From the human T2T-CHM13v2.0 reference genome, Homo sapiens: a DNA stretch of 64,000 nt. The translations under genes and the position numbers were made by a program. The stretch lies in assembly GCF_009914755.1 (NCBI RefSeq), contig NC_060928.1; one strand, written 5' to 3'. Position 1 is the stretch's first letter. Each line of letters opens with the position of its first letter. Below, one piece after another: positions 1-14,410 of the stretch. The notes under the pieces were generated by a model. It was given only the letters and a program-made list of their open reading frames with translations. It was not told the DNA's origin and made no database searches.

Positions 1-2789
1 AATTGCTGTCTTATTGAATTATTTGTCGAATGTTTCAACTTACTCATAAAATTAAAATTTTTGTATCTCAGTCTTTTTCTGAGTATGGATTGTGTAAACA
101 GTTTTCCACTGGTCACATTAAAGTGGTCACTTTTACTTTTGTCATACATTCAAATATTTGATATATTCCCAGAGCTTCCACAATCATTTTATTTCTGATA
201 TGAGAAATATCAGAAATATTTTACTGGTAAGGTATATTCTCTTTCCTGTCTTCTATATTCTAGAACAGCATCACACTAAAATAGGATATCATCTGACTAG
301 GGTAACTAAGATGCAGTGCCATGTGAAATAGTAGATTAGAATATGCAAATGATTGAACAATCAAATAACTGCTTTTTTGTAATCTAAAAAATGTTTCCTG
401 GACATGGTCCATGTTATTTTTTTTCTTCTTTTTAAGACATATGCTTACCATTTCAAATCAAATCACAGCAAAATAAAGTCAGTATAATGATTCAGTAAGT
501 AATGTAGCTAATGCGAGACTTGGCATCACCAAATATCTTGATTTTCTGGTTGTTTATATTATCGGTTCAGAACATTTAATCTTTGTTGGAAAATGCAAAT
601 AGCCCACGATGAATTATTGTGGCTTAAACAATATTGCTGATTTTGTAACAGGAGGGAGAGTGGTTCTCTTTCTCTCTTCTTTGCCTTTATTCCTCATTTT
701 ACTGAAATATTTGTTTAGGTTTACATCACTTCATTCAAATACCCTTTCTCATCTAGAAGGAAATATACCATTTTGCTGTGTACCTCAGGAAAATAATGCG
801 GGATGTTGCAGGGGGAAGTTATGATCAAAGTTTAGGTTCTTAGAGATGCTTCATAAATCAGTAGAAATTACTAAACTATCATTGATAATGCTTACTTTTG
901 GTTAGAGATTATTTTAAGCCTTCTCAAGTTCTAATTAAAGCATTTGTCCTCATTCTTTCCAGACACAAAGAAGGAGATAATTAATAGATTACTTTAATGA
1001 TAATATTAGTAATATACAATGCCTGTGCTGGTCAGTGATTTCATGTTCCAAATGTGGCATCTTAGAGCTTTTTGATCATAGAGCACCCATGAAATTTAGA
1101 TTTTTCTCCTAAGGCACATCGCTTGACTTTTCAGTCTTGTAGTTTACTCTCATTGCTTAACCCATTTCAATCTCCTTATCTATAAAATGAAGGTAATAGT
1201 TATTTTCAGAGTCATTTTGAGGGACATACCTAGCACAATTCCTGACACATAATAGTTAAAAAGTAGAAGTTTCTTCTTTTCACCCTCCCTACAGATGCAT
1301 CTTAGAAACACACATAACTGGCTACAGCTCGATTTCTTTTTTTAAAATACACAAAATATGGACTGACTTGTAAACACTAAACAAAAATAATTATCTCTAA
1401 TTCTAATCATTGATAAATGTAGCACAGAAGAGACTGGTTGCAAAACAAATCAATAGCATTTTAAATACATTAAAAATAAGTAATTTTGCCATACCAGAGC
1501 AGAGAAAGGCCTTAAAGACCAGCACATCATAACCCTGTTTTTTCATTCTATTCTTTATGGTGAGAATGCCTTTTTCTCCTCTTTTCCCCTATCCTTTATT
1601 TCAACTTCACTCTGTAAATTAATTCCAGCCACTCTTTTGAAGACTTTCTGGGAAGCCCTCTTCCCCAAGAAGCCGTTCTTGGCCTCCCACACCTACTTCC
1701 CGCAGGCACTCCTCTTCTATGCTTGAGTCACCTGACCCTATCTCTATCATTGTTCTTATCACATAATAAGCACTCAATAAATGTGAGTTCTTTAAGCAAA
1801 TCTGTATATGTTCTGTCTTTAATTCTCCTATATCTTTGACACAATGAATTTTACAATAATAAGATGAAATGTTCCCATTTGGAATACTAAATTTAATGTA
1901 TCATTTACATACCTTTTTTGCTTTTGATTCTAAATAACATCCCTTTTTAAAGCACATGTTCAAAACTTTGATTTAAATAAAATCTTATTTGAATATTACA
2001 TTATCATAAGTTGTGGGAAAAAATGCACTAATGCGAAATCAAATACATAAAGGCTTAAGAATAGTTTATATACATGATGTTGTTTCATAATATAAATTCC
2101 TGAACATATAATTGATATAATAAGATGTCCCTTTGTTGTTATTGGTAATAGATATGTGATTTAAGGCAGTTACTGTTTATTTTTATATGCCTTGTTCAAT
2201 TAAATAGGCGGTAATAAAAATTTTAGACATGATAAAATTTTTACCAAAAGTTGATATATTTCTCTGCTTGAAAACATCAGCTAAAACTCTTCTTTTTCCC
2301 TGTAATTTTATACTACAACCAAGATTAAGTATTTAATCAAGAATGCTATAAAGTAATTATATTTCTCTGTGATTATTGAGTAGAACTATTTTGAAGGACA
2401 AAATTTACAATCTTTTGAATTTTTGTTCTCAATTTGAACGTTTGATCTCTTTTAAGAGAAATAAACTTCAGAGAAATATAGACTTAGAAGAAATGATTAG
2501 CCCAACATATTCATATTTTCTGTCTTTAAATATCTTTTCTCTGCTTCCTCACTTTCTCTGATATTTCTCTCTCTCTCTCTTTCTCTCTCCCCCACTTCTT
2601 ACCCTACTTCCTCCACCCCAGTCTCTGTAACTTCCTAAGTAGGCTTCTACCTAAAGAACAACAGCTACAATGCCCTTGCACCAACAGGCTACTTTATATC
2701 AAATTTATGAAGCTAAAAATAGTATCTTCAATGGGCTTAAGTATATGTTCTTGGAACTAAGAGAAAGTACCACTATGATGTGATGGGAG

Positions 2790-2828
2790 GTGTGTGAATG
2801 TGTGTGTATAAGTGTGTGTGTGTGTGTT
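2790..2828. repeat. Imperfect (TG)n microsatellite
   Basis: Directly visible. Confidence 0.85.
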
Positions 2829-3038
2829 TTAAAAGGCTCCAGTTAGGCAAAATTTCAAGCTTGACAGTATGAATATAATTATGTTGTATTGTAAAATATA
2901 TGCTGAACAGACTTTCTTACATCTGTAGGGCAAGGAAATAATTACATTATCTAAAAATAAAACTCACATACATTGTCTACTTTTGTTCCTACCTGCAATG
3001 AATTACTTGCTAACAGAAGTTAATATTTAATTGGCTAG

Positions 3039-3164
3039 GTACGAAAAGAGTATGGGAAATGCCTGCGAACACATTGCTGTAGTGGCAAAAGTACAGAGAG
3101 TTCCATTGGTTCAGGGAAAACATCTGGTTCTCGAACTCCTGGACGCTACTCCACAGGCTCACAG
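3039..3164 (+). CDS. ADGRL3: ADGRL3 internal coding exon (126 nt, phase 0-0): helix 8 / start of cytoplasmic tail, VRKEYGKCLRTHCCSGKSTESSIGSGKTSGSRTPGRYSTGSQ
   Basis: ggctag|GTACGA acceptor and CAG|gtaaac donor; open frame; peptide recognised as the latrophilin post-TM7 sequence; joins in frame to the exon at 9761. Confidence 0.96.
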
Positions 3165-3910
3165 GTAAACAATATTTGTTCACTGAAATGAAGTAATTCT
3201 TAACTATACCAGTTACTGTCCCTTATGATTGGAGCTAATTTCTAGCCTGTGTTTAACACATCGTTTGTTTTTGTTGTTTCACTGTGTCTCACATGGGAAT
3301 GATTCTGACAGAAATGGAAGAAACTAAAACTGTAATAATATGATGAAATTTGAGTCTGCAAATTTGAAGTTTGCATAATAATGACTTCAGATTGTTTTCA
3401 GTTCAATAAATGCAGCAGGTAAAGAAAGGAATTTGCCGTTTCACCCAAAATTCTAAGAAAGTAACATTTCATATATATAGAAATGTGATATATTGATATG
3501 ATTCTAATTCTTATAATTCTTCTAACTAGTATAATAATTATCACAAACTGACACAATTTACATATAATATGGTATGTTTAGTAAAAATAACTATGACTCA
3601 ACTATATTATGTGCTGAGAAGTTGAAGAAAAGTCAGGGCAGTGAAGAATACTACAACAGCATTATTAACATACCTGGTCTAAGCTCCACTCCCATTCGCC
3701 CAGCACTAGACGTAGCAGTATAGTACCTTACCAGAAAAATTTTAAGCTTTTAGGTAAACTGTGTGCCATTTTTCCCAGGGCACAGTATCAGCTCAAAGAT
3801 TATTACATAGAAATTTTAGCAACTCTTGGATGTTAAGATGAGCCAGTCAAATAAAAGACATAGAGTGGTGTAGGTCATGAGTGCGTTTGGTTCAAGCTAG
3901 CAAACTAGTA

Positions 3911-4207
3911 TTATTTGTTTGTTTTTTGAGACAGAGTCTCACTCTGTTGCCCAGGCTGGAGTGCAGTGGTACAATCTCAGCTCACTGAAACCCCTTCCCC
4001 CTGGGTTCGAGCAATCTTCCCACGTCAGCCTCCAGCCTCCCGAGTAGCTGGGACCACAGGCGTGTGCCACCACGCCCAGATAATTTTTGTGTTTTTTGTA
4101 GAGATGGTGTTTTGCCATGTTGGCTAGCCTGGTCTCAAATTCCTGGCCTCAAGTGATCCACCTGCCTTGACCTCCCAAAGTGCTGGAATTATAGTTGTGA
4201 GTCACCC
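3911..4207 (-). mobile_element. Alu (old, J/S type), near full length
   Basis: T-tail + gagacagagtctc...cccaaagtgctgg; two arms with T-rich linker; similar flanks actagtatt/actagtgtt. Confidence 0.95.
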
Positions 4208-5299
4208 AGACTAGTGTTTTTAAGATTGCATGATTCAGTAGAAAAAAAAAGCATGTTTTCAGTGTTGCCAATTAATTTTTTCTGAGGAAGCCTTGAGTTT
4301 AAATTGATAAATAAACTTATAAATCAAGAATTAATTTTTCTTAACTCTTTTAGCTCAACCTATATATCTAATTATTGTTTCATAAATTTGGTTATTTTAT
4401 ATAAAATAAGAGTGATTGCTTCATTTTTTATTTGATGGATGTTCAATTGGCTTGTAAGCTTAATAGTTTAAATTTCCCTAAATAATTTCATTTATATGCT
4501 TAGAAAATTTAATTTCTTTATACCTTTCAAATATCATTTATAAATTTAATATATCTGATTGTCTCAAACACATCAACTGTCAGACTAGTCATACACACCT
4601 AGCTAGCACTTGAACACAGTTATAAATTAATGGATGACCAGTGTTTTCATAAACAATTTCCTCACCAATTGAGTTTTAATCTTACAAATAAAACCATGTC
4701 TTTAATATCAATCTAATATTTCCAATTAAAATTTTAAAAACTAACATATAACTGTCAAAAATATCAGGCTATGTTAAATAATTTTACTAACCACAATCAT
4801 GAAACTTAAATATAATTGCATGATTATTAATAATCTGAATTTGATTTATTTTTTACACACCACACTGAGGTTGTAAAGTTGCAAATCAGAAGAACAATTG
4901 TCCCAACTCAGATGGATGGAAATTTCTGAGTTTAGGACTACTAAATTTGCCAAACAGAGATCTGAATTTTCACATAAGAGTGGGGGCAGACCAGGATGAT
5001 GCTTATAGCATGAGCCCCTTTTATAATTAATGCCTTTATTTTCAGACTCATAATCCCTTGCTCTTCCTCTTTTTGTAATAACTTTTTCCACGACTTTTCA
5101 ATTGATATTGCTAAGATTCCCTATATCATCCAGCATGATTAGATCCCGCATGCTTTTCACATTACTGAGTTCATCAGCTACCATCCGATAGTCATTTTAT
5201 TGACATATGTCATTAATATTATAATAATATTTAGGAGTCTCATTTACTACTTTACGACAGAGTTGTGCAATGTTTAGCAATACTTCTAAACTACAAGTT

Positions 5300-5545
5300 A
5301 AGGCAGTGCAGCTCAATGGAATAATAATAAACTCTGTGGGTGGGTATACCTTGTTTTGAATCCTGGCCTTGCCACGTACCAGCTATGACACAGAACAAGT
5401 TACTAATTTCATTGACACTCAGTTTTTCCATCTGTAAAATGGTGATAATAAATACTGACATCTTAAGTTGCTAAGAAGATTGAAGTAATATACACAAAAC
5501 AGAATAAATAGTGGGTGCTCAATAAACGGTGGTTGCTACCATTTA
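5300..5545 (+). mobile_element. MIR SINE
   Basis: Core ttgaatcctggc...ctcagtttttccatctgtaaaatggtgataata. Confidence 0.75.
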
Positions 5546-5914
5546 TTACTGTTGTTATTACAGAATATTATTATATATATTTTTAAGTTGTATCATATTT
5601 TTCTCCTTACTCTTGTAATTTGTAATATCACAATTCTACTCTTGGAAAATAATTTACATTTTTTCTTATACTTAATATAATACTAATTCTGATTAACTAT
5701 GACCAGCCAAGCCTATGTAAGGTTATAGTTACTTAAATCTATATTATTTGTTTAGGTAAGACTAATAAATACATTTCCCACTAATTATGGCCACCCATAA
5801 GCAAATGCTAAAATATTGATATTAAGACAAAATTTGGGGAGTATGGATGCATCTTTCACATAAGAGCACTTCTAAAATAACTATCTCTATATATTATGAT
5901 TTTTTATTTAGAAA

Positions 5915-6500
5915 TATTGAGTGCCTCCTATATAATGCCATCAATCTTCTAATCTCTGGGGATAAAATGGTTAAAAGACATATAACTTCCCCTGTGATCT
6001 GGAACTTTTATTCTAGCGTTGGGAGACAGAAAACGTATTAATAACAAACAACCCAACAAAAATATCAAATGGGAGAGCTGACGGAGAACAAAAATATGAT
6101 GATGTCAATTAGCCAGGTGGCTACTTGGATTAAATGCTGGAGAAAGACTACCTTTGGAAGTGATACTTATGCCAAAGTCTGAGTTACAAGATTCTAAATG
6201 AAAGGAGAAAAGGAAATTCAGGGAAACAGAATTCTAAGTGAGAAAATGGCTAATGCAAAGCCTTTACAGTTTGGAGAACTTACAAAAAATATTGGCCAAA
6301 GTAGGTTAGAGGGAGAATGAGATAGAAAGTCAAGGAAAAAGGGAAGAGACAGATCCCTAGGTATTTGTAACAGTATGAAAATTACATTTTATTTTGATTA
6401 CTTTGGATAGCCAGTGAGATACTTTAGAAATGAAAGTGACAGGATATAATCTGCATGTAGTAAACATTATGTTGCTACATTGTAGATAATGCAGGGGATG
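5915..6500 (-). mobile_element. L2 LINE 3' fragment
   Basis: tattgagtgcctccta...ggggataaaatgg...attctag resembles reverse L2 3' end; boundaries approximate. Confidence 0.55.
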
Positions 6501-7174
6501 ATGGCCAAGACTAAAACGTAAAAATCCTCTTCACCTCTTGCTCCTCCAAACTTACTTCCTGGTCCTAATCACTTATAAAAGTTTTATAATATGCATCAGT
6601 CACACAAACATACATTCACAGAAATGGGTGTAACTTTTTTTAAACTATGGACTGAAATAATATCTTTTGACTTTCTCGTAATTGTTTTGTCATTTATCTT
6701 TCATATATTTTATTGATTTTTAGATATATTTGCTTTTTATTATATAATATTTGAAAAATAAAAAAGTGAAATATGTATATGAAATATTGAAACATTTTAA
6801 TAAGATGAACACCTGTGAACTCAACATCCAACCTAGGAAATAGAACATTTTCAATATGTTTTCCTCTTTATTTAACCTCCGTAACCAATCCCTATGCCTT
6901 CCTCCAGAAAGGCTCCTAAATTTTGTTTTTCCATTCCCGCAACTTATTCTAATCATTTCTCTCCTTCCAAAAAATCTTGTTCAGCATTCCTTTATTAAAC
7001 CTTTGTTTAAAAATGGTATTTTTTGTGTGTAGTCTTCTCTGACTTGGGTTTTTCACTCCCATATTCTAAAACCCTTCCTGGTTATAAGTGTGGCCTCTGT
7101 GCAATATACTATATACTTTTTCCTCTGCCTGCAATACTTCTCCTTTTTCTCCTTTTCCTCTTAAACTATATTTG

Positions 7175-7345
7175 GTATAGTGCAGTGAGTTGTTAACCTC
7201 CTGCACTCAGGAGCCAGATGACTGCATTCCAATGCTGGTTATAAGGTCTGTGCCATCAGACATGTTCATTAACCACTGTGCTTCGGTTTTTCTAGTGTAT
7301 AGTATTACCTACCTCATGGAGTTCTTGTGAGGTTTTGATGGGTGA
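7175..7345 (+). mobile_element. MIR SINE
   Basis: ggagccagatgactg...gtattacctacctcatggagttcttgtgagg. Confidence 0.65.
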
Positions 7346-9760
7346 ATATAGGAAAGGTATATAGTATGGAAAAGAGAGCATAGAAAAAATTAATTTATAT
7401 AGATGTATATGCACACACATGCACATATATAATATACATACACTATGTATGTATATGCCAAGTATATGTACCTCAATGAACAAAAAAGACAAAAATTCTG
7501 TTTTCATAGAGCCTCAAGCCTAATGCAGACATAAGACATTAAATATTAGACATTAAATGGATAGCTATTAAATATAAATGTAAGAAATAATTATATAATA
7601 CATGGTATTATAGGAGATGTTAGTGACTGTTGGGGGAATGTAGTAGGGGAAAAGGGACTGAGATGTGATTGGATTGTGTGGGTAGCCTACAGTTCTAAGT
7701 AGGGTGTTATACCTTCAGAAAAAAAAATATTTTATATTTAAAAGAATAAAGGAATTATGCATACCTGTATCTGGAGAAGAGCACCCCAGACAGAGAAAAC
7801 AACCAGCATTGCCAACCTCTGAAGCACAAACATGCCTGGCATGTTAGAGAACAGCAAGGGGACAGGTGCAGTTAGAGCAGACAGGGGAGATTAATAGGAG
7901 ATGAGATAATGGGGACAGCTCATATAAATATCACCTAACAATAATAACTTCATCAACTCCTAGATAAAATGTTACTTCCTCAGTCTGCATTGTTCTCAGA
8001 CTCCCTAGACAAGGACATATCCCTTAATATATGGTAAAAATAAATGGTATAATTGGTAAAAATCTTTAAAAATTCTGTAGTATAATGAATAGTCACAAAA
8101 GTATACAAAACATAAGTGTATGGCACAATTAATTATTACCACTTCCCAGGCCAAGTATTAGTATACTGAGAATACCTTGGAAACCCTTTGAACCCCTCTC
8201 AATCATTAAGCTCCAAACATAACCACTATCTTAGCTTTCAATAGCACATTTTAGTTTGCATATTTTGATACTTACTCACCTGAAATCATTTAGTACATAC
8301 TCTTTTATGTTTTCCTTTGTTCCCAAGACATCTACATTACTGCAGGAGGCTATGAGCTTTTAATTTTCTTTGTTTTATATTATTGTATAGTTTATTCATC
8401 CATCCTACCATTGACAGTCATTTTGGTTGATCATATTTCAGCTATAATATTTAATGACTGTATGGAGATTTGTGGGCATATTGTACTTTTGCATTTATTT
8501 TTGTGATAATTTGACTAATCTGTTCCTAGTTTAACATCTCCATAAGGGTCAAGACATTTTGTGCTTACATTTCACATTTGTATCTTATAAGTTAGTATTT
8601 GGCAGGCAATAGAGGGTAATTAATATTTTTAATTAATTAATTAACCAACTAATAAAACAAATGTGAGAGACTGGCTCCCAACATTGTCCTTTCGTTTATT
8701 AGTTTTCTGTCTATGTCTGTGTCTGTGTGTGTGTGCATGCACGCATTTGTCAACCTAGGGAAAATGTGATATACAACAATATTTCTGAAGAATAAGCATG
8801 TTCCAAGATTCATAAAATCACTTGTCTAATATTCTAAGATTGATTACTCCCATTATTCAAGGAGTTCAAATGTATTTGGAACATAACCCATTGTAGGCAT
8901 GGTTTCATAAGTAGTAGCAATGTTTCTTATAACTATTTCAGCCTTGGAAAAACTTCTGAAAATATTTTGTTTCTTCCTCACAAGATTGTTAATACTTTTT
9001 TGACCCATAACTCAGTAAACTGATATAACAGAATAAAAAAGAAAAAAATCCCCCAATGGAAAAAGTTTATAATATCTGACCCTTAGAAATTTGAATTTAA
9101 GAATGTCAATAATAATTTGAGAATTTTTAGTTACCTGTAAAACTTCCTATGGAAGCAATGAATCAACTAACTTTATCTTCTTCAAAGAAAGAAAAGTCAG
9201 GATAGTTATGTAATCCCTAAAATTACATTGATCTTCCTCTAAAAGTTATGGAAAATTTAAGTTCAGTAGCATTTTAATAATGTTCTATTTTCTTTTCTTA
9301 GCAAACTCTTTTGCAAGATTCTGATTTCTTAAACTAAATCTTTTGTTAGAACTGGCAATTTAATGCATAGTTAAACATTCCCATTCCAATAAAAGTTATA
9401 GTAAAAATAATTTGTTTTACCTTGGAAATTAAAATTTTCTAATTCTGTCTGAAGATATATACCTCTGTATATATTCAACATATTTAAATTGGTATAGTAC
9501 TTTACATTTATTTCTTTTTTCATGGTTATAATTATCTTTGGTATATAGGCATTTAGGAATACAGTTAATGAGAACCATATATTATCATGAAAGTTATTTC
9601 TGATGTTCTCATGCTACTGTACTGCAAACATGTAGTTGTCTATTTGCCAAATGCTAGAAACAAAGGTCTCATATAATTATGACAGAAAAGAAAAGAATGA
9701 TTTGTGTGAAAATTCACTGCATCATGAGTTCATTTTCTTTCTGCCTTTTCCCCCACCCAG

Positions 9761-9857
9761 AGCCGAATCCGTAGAATGTGGAATGACACGGTTCGAAAGC
9801 AGTCAGAGTCTTCCTTTATTACTGGAGACATAAACAGTTCAGCGTCACTCAACAGAG
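9761..9857 (+). CDS. ADGRL3: ADGRL3 internal coding exon (97 nt, phase 0-1): [32 protein letters not shown]
   Basis: Strong pyrimidine tract ending cccacccag|AGC; GAG|gtaatt donor; [14 protein letters not shown] is a hallmark latrophilin cytoplasmic motif. Confidence 0.97.
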
Positions 9858-10494
9858 GTAATTAGAAATAATTTTTCATATTTATTACTTTTCTGATTAC
9901 TTTAAGAAGTCCTTAAATTCATTGCTTTATTTGCAACTTCTGAACCTGTTCCACATGATAGAAACATTGTAAGAACATAAAACTTGGTTGAGTGTAGCAA
10001 TGTGTTCCATTATTCATAAGCTACTTTAAAAAAATCCTGAATTTTCCAGAAGTCTTTTCCAAAAGGAAATTAGAAAATAAAAAACTTTTTTTCCTAGTCA
10101 TCTGCTGCTGCTATAAACTGGAGAGCTGTCAGGCCTCATTGGAAGCAGTGAAAATGGGCAATTATGTGGCTGTATAGTCGGCTAAGCATCATAGAGTTCC
10201 ACATTGTCTTAGATATAAAGCAATTTCATAGTCTTTGCGGAAGTAAAAGTATACTGTCTAATACATACTTAAGGCAACCTGTGTACTTGGAAAAAATCAC
10301 GTCTTAATATCTAAAAGACTTATCTGGATAATATTGGATATTTAAAAATATAGGAGAAAAGATACTTTTGGGTATATTATGATTTTTGTGTATGTGCTTG
10401 TGGTTCAGTGCTCCCTGGGTGGCATTTAGATTTTTGAAATGAAGAAATGACGTTCCCTTAATCTATTGTTTTGTTTGTGGTTGACTTTTTTTCC

Positions 10495-10582
10495 TTGATC
10501 TTTGCATTCTCTCTCTCTCCCTTTCTCTGTCTCTCTTTCTCTTTCTCTCTCAACCTCTCTCTCTTTCTGTGTGTGTATGTGT
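10495..10582. repeat. (CT)n-rich pyrimidine tract followed by (TG)n
   Basis: Directly visible. Confidence 0.85.
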
Positions 10583-12242
10583 GGGGATATGATTAGAATT
10601 CATTTTGCTGCAGTAAAAATGACTAGATGCAACATTTGTGGAGACCAAGAGGCTACTACAGTCAGCAATGGGAAATATTTAGAATATAGTTTTATCTGGG
10701 AAGGAGGCATTTGCATGAATTTAAGGTATTTTTATGATCGATATTATTATTTTGTATCCCCAAACTAGAATTATTATTTTGTTTTTACCTTATTTCTGTT
10801 AGTTTTTTGTTATATTTTATGCTACTTAGGAAGAAATAATGTAATAATTATGGCTTATGATTCAGAAAGATTCAGATGCTAGTACTCTCAATTATTTGTA
10901 CTCAAGTAAGTTTCATCTTATCTATATGAAGAAGTTAGGACGGGCAGTGTCAAAATTGAATTTGATGCAGGGATCCATGTTTTAATATAATCTTAATTGA
11001 GTTTCATGTATTATTTGGGGCAACAATATAGTAACTATAAACTAGTGATGATTTAAAATTATCTACATCACTTTGTCTTGATTAGTAAGAATAGTGAGTG
11101 AGAATATTCCTCCAAATACGAAGAAAACGTATTAAAATAAAAGAGCTACCTCCTGGTATTTTGTTTCGTTATTAGTTTGTTTTTATTGGCTAGAATATAT
11201 TAATTTAGACAATATCTCTCAAGTATTCTTATCTTTTTCAATTTAGTTTTAATGTTTAGTTTGTGAAAATTTCTTTTAATATGAGTATTCTAACTTTTTG
11301 ACATTACTTTTAAATCATAAAGAACAAATTACTTACAAACGCCTCCATAACCTAGGATTAATTTGCTTACATATGACTGATTTTCTGTATTCTTTAAACA
11401 ATTCCATATATAAGAAAATTTACTGCATGTTCCAAGAAAGAGAACTGTCCTTACCTATAGGATTTATTGATAGAACTATCTTTCATTTAATGATCCCGGA
11501 AGCCATTGAATAATTATTGATTAAACAAAGAATGAGGTAATATGATTTTAATGATGAATTGTATGTATATTAGGATAAACAAAATATGTAAAATTATTTT
11601 GTCTAATATTGTTGTCTAAATTCATGTAAAGATAGTAAGGTGTGTCAGTTCAGTAAAAACTGCTATGAATGCAAACTATTTATGGGCTTAAAGTTAATCA
11701 CTATATAACGCTACTAGTTTCTTCCTTTTTAATTGCTTCTCAAGAATTTAATCAACTTTGAATATAGTGATTTGTGGATAACTGGATCAATTTGAAATAT
11801 ATTTAAAGGAAATAATATTAGTTTATATTGGCCGGTCATATGTTTAAGTCTGTTTATCAAAATCTCTAGTTTTAAAAGATATTTCATACAGCTGTTAAAG
11901 GAAGGGTATACAATTTCTTGTGACGTTGAATAAATTAATTTAATGATGACTTTGTGTAGAGAATTAAATTGCATTTATAATTTAAAGGGTGCCCAGGTAG
12001 TGATCATTTCATCAGGATATATATTCTTCCTTTCACTTAGTGACTTTATTTGTGCTAGAAGTCATAGTGATCTTCATTTCCTGGATTAATTTCTTAGTCC
12101 CCCTCAAGTCAGAAACTCCTAGTTTTATTCTCATCTTATTTTTTTATCTTAGATGAGTGGACTACTTGAAATTTTGTTTCTTCATATTATGTCTCTGAAG
12201 ATAGTCTTTAACCTCCTTCTTTAATCTTGTCTTATTTCCCAG

Positions 12243-12284
12243 GGTCTTATCTTCCCTGCATTCAGGCGTGTGTATCATATTTAG
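12243..12284 (+). CDS. ADGRL3: ADGRL3 cassette exon (42 nt, phase 1-1): (G)SYLPCIQACVSYL
   Basis: cttctttaatcttgtcttatttcccag|GG acceptor, TAG|gtaggt donor, frame-preserving, no stop; resembles an insert I recall from rodent Lphn3 isoforms (recollection, unverified). Confidence 0.75.
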   Translation, partial: GLIFPAFRRVYHI

Positions 12285-13507
12285 GTAGGTGACATCGAAG
12301 ATTCATCTTTTCAGATAAACAGTCACCTAAGCAACATAATTATTCACTTCTGTTTATTCAAAAGATTATATTCTCTATTACTAAAATAAAAATCTAGATA
12401 CTACATCTTTACATCTTCATATATTCTAACTTCCAATTCATTTAGTTTTTTATAGATAGTGTTTTTTTTTAAATTCAGACTCCATTTTCCTTTCTTGGTA
12501 AGTTAGATGTATTGAATCTCTTATTTTTGTCTTTAAGATAGTTCTGACCCTTGAAAATGAGAAGCTGTTTTCCAAAAATTAGTCCTATTTTTACTTTAGG
12601 TTTTCTTCCCTGTTCATTCTACTGGTTAATTCATTAAAAGAGTATTATTTTAAAATTTTGTATGTCTTATCATCTATTCTTACAAACAAGAATCAATCAT
12701 TATCATCTTTAGGATCCATTAGGAATAAAGAATACATCATGCAGTGTAGAACTACTTTTCAATGGTATTTATTTTTTTAAACCATCTCAAATATTCTGTT
12801 CTTGAATCAGCTTGTTGTATCATAAGTATGAGATTACCTTTCTAGATTTCCCAATGTGATAAATTTGATTACTATTGGGATTTTACTCCTTGGAAGCATG
12901 TGAAACCTTGGCAGATTTATTGATATAATAATTTTCAATGAGTATATTAATTCCTTTATATTCTCTTTGGAAGTTTGTTGTTTCATCACTTTATCTCTTT
13001 AAAATCTTTCATTAAAATTGTACTTCGCATATCTATAAATATGAAGGTGTTTCACAAAATGTTTTCTGTATATTTTCAAATATTTTTCTCCAGCCAACTT
13101 GTTTGGCACAATGTTACACACTTAGACAAATTCAGAATTCCTTGAGGCCAATAGGCCAGCACTACTATCAAGTTAACTTTAGCGATCCAACTATGTGCAC
13201 AAGTAGAAGGAGCTTTAGAAGAGCTGTAAGGTGATGGTTGATTATAGAGAGTTTCAACAAAGATGAACTCTAGGCCAGACCCAAGTTTTTACAAACTCAT
13301 AGGACTTCAGGATGGTTTATTCATTGGTTCATTTAAATATTTACTATTTTGCTGATACCTTGAAGGTGTAGTCAGCACTCAATCCTCAGTCTCCTCCCAG
13401 GGCTGTTGGAAATCTAATTCAAATCTCTAGTAACTCCAACTTTCTGGTAGTGGTGGAAAGGACTTGCAGCTAGAGTAGTCTTTGCCACCCATATCTCCTA
13501 CCAATAA

Positions 13508-13867
<360 letters not shown>

Positions 13868-14160
13868 TATTTTTATTTTTTTGAGCCAGGGTCTCCCTCT
13901 GTCACCCTGTTTGGAGTGCAATAGCATGATCATAGCTCAGTGAAGCCTCAAACTCCTGGGCTCAAGTGATCCTCGTGCTTCAGGGTCCTGAGTAGCTAGA
14001 ACTAGAGGCTCCCACACCATTTTCTTTTTTTTTAACTTTTTTTAGGGATAGGGTTTTGCCGTGTTGCCCAGGCTGGTCTTGAAGTCCTGGCCTCAAGCAG
14101 TCCGTCTGCCTCAGTCTCCCAAAGTGCTGGGATTACAGACAAGAGCCTCTGTGCCTAGCC
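13868..14160 (-). mobile_element. AluJ-type element, directly adjacent to the AluS
   Basis: atcatagctca...ctcctgggctcaagtgatcctc (J-type), more diverged. Confidence 0.92.
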
Positions 14161-14311
14161 TTGAACTATTTAGATTAACAATACCTCTAAAACTTCAGTT
14201 TGATCCAAAAATGAAATGTTTACTGAGACATTTCCTCTGACAGTGGCATGAATTGTTAAATATTTCTACTTTTTTATTAACTCTATGTAGAAATTAGGAT
14301 ATTTTCTGAAA

Positions 14312-14410
14312 TTAGGCTTTATCTTATTGTAAATATTATATTTGTTAGGCTTTATGTCATCACAAATATTTTATCTATTGGCTTTATCTCATCATAAATA
14401 TTATATTTTT
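14312..14410. repeat. Degenerate 3-copy ~33-nt tandem repeat (ggctttat...aaatatt.tat)
   Basis: Copies start near 14312, 14345 and 14378. Confidence 0.75.

Noticed and set aside
14312-14410. ~33-nt repeats superficially like CRISPR repeats
   Set aside because: Head-to-tail with no spacers, degenerate, eukaryotic context, no cas genes
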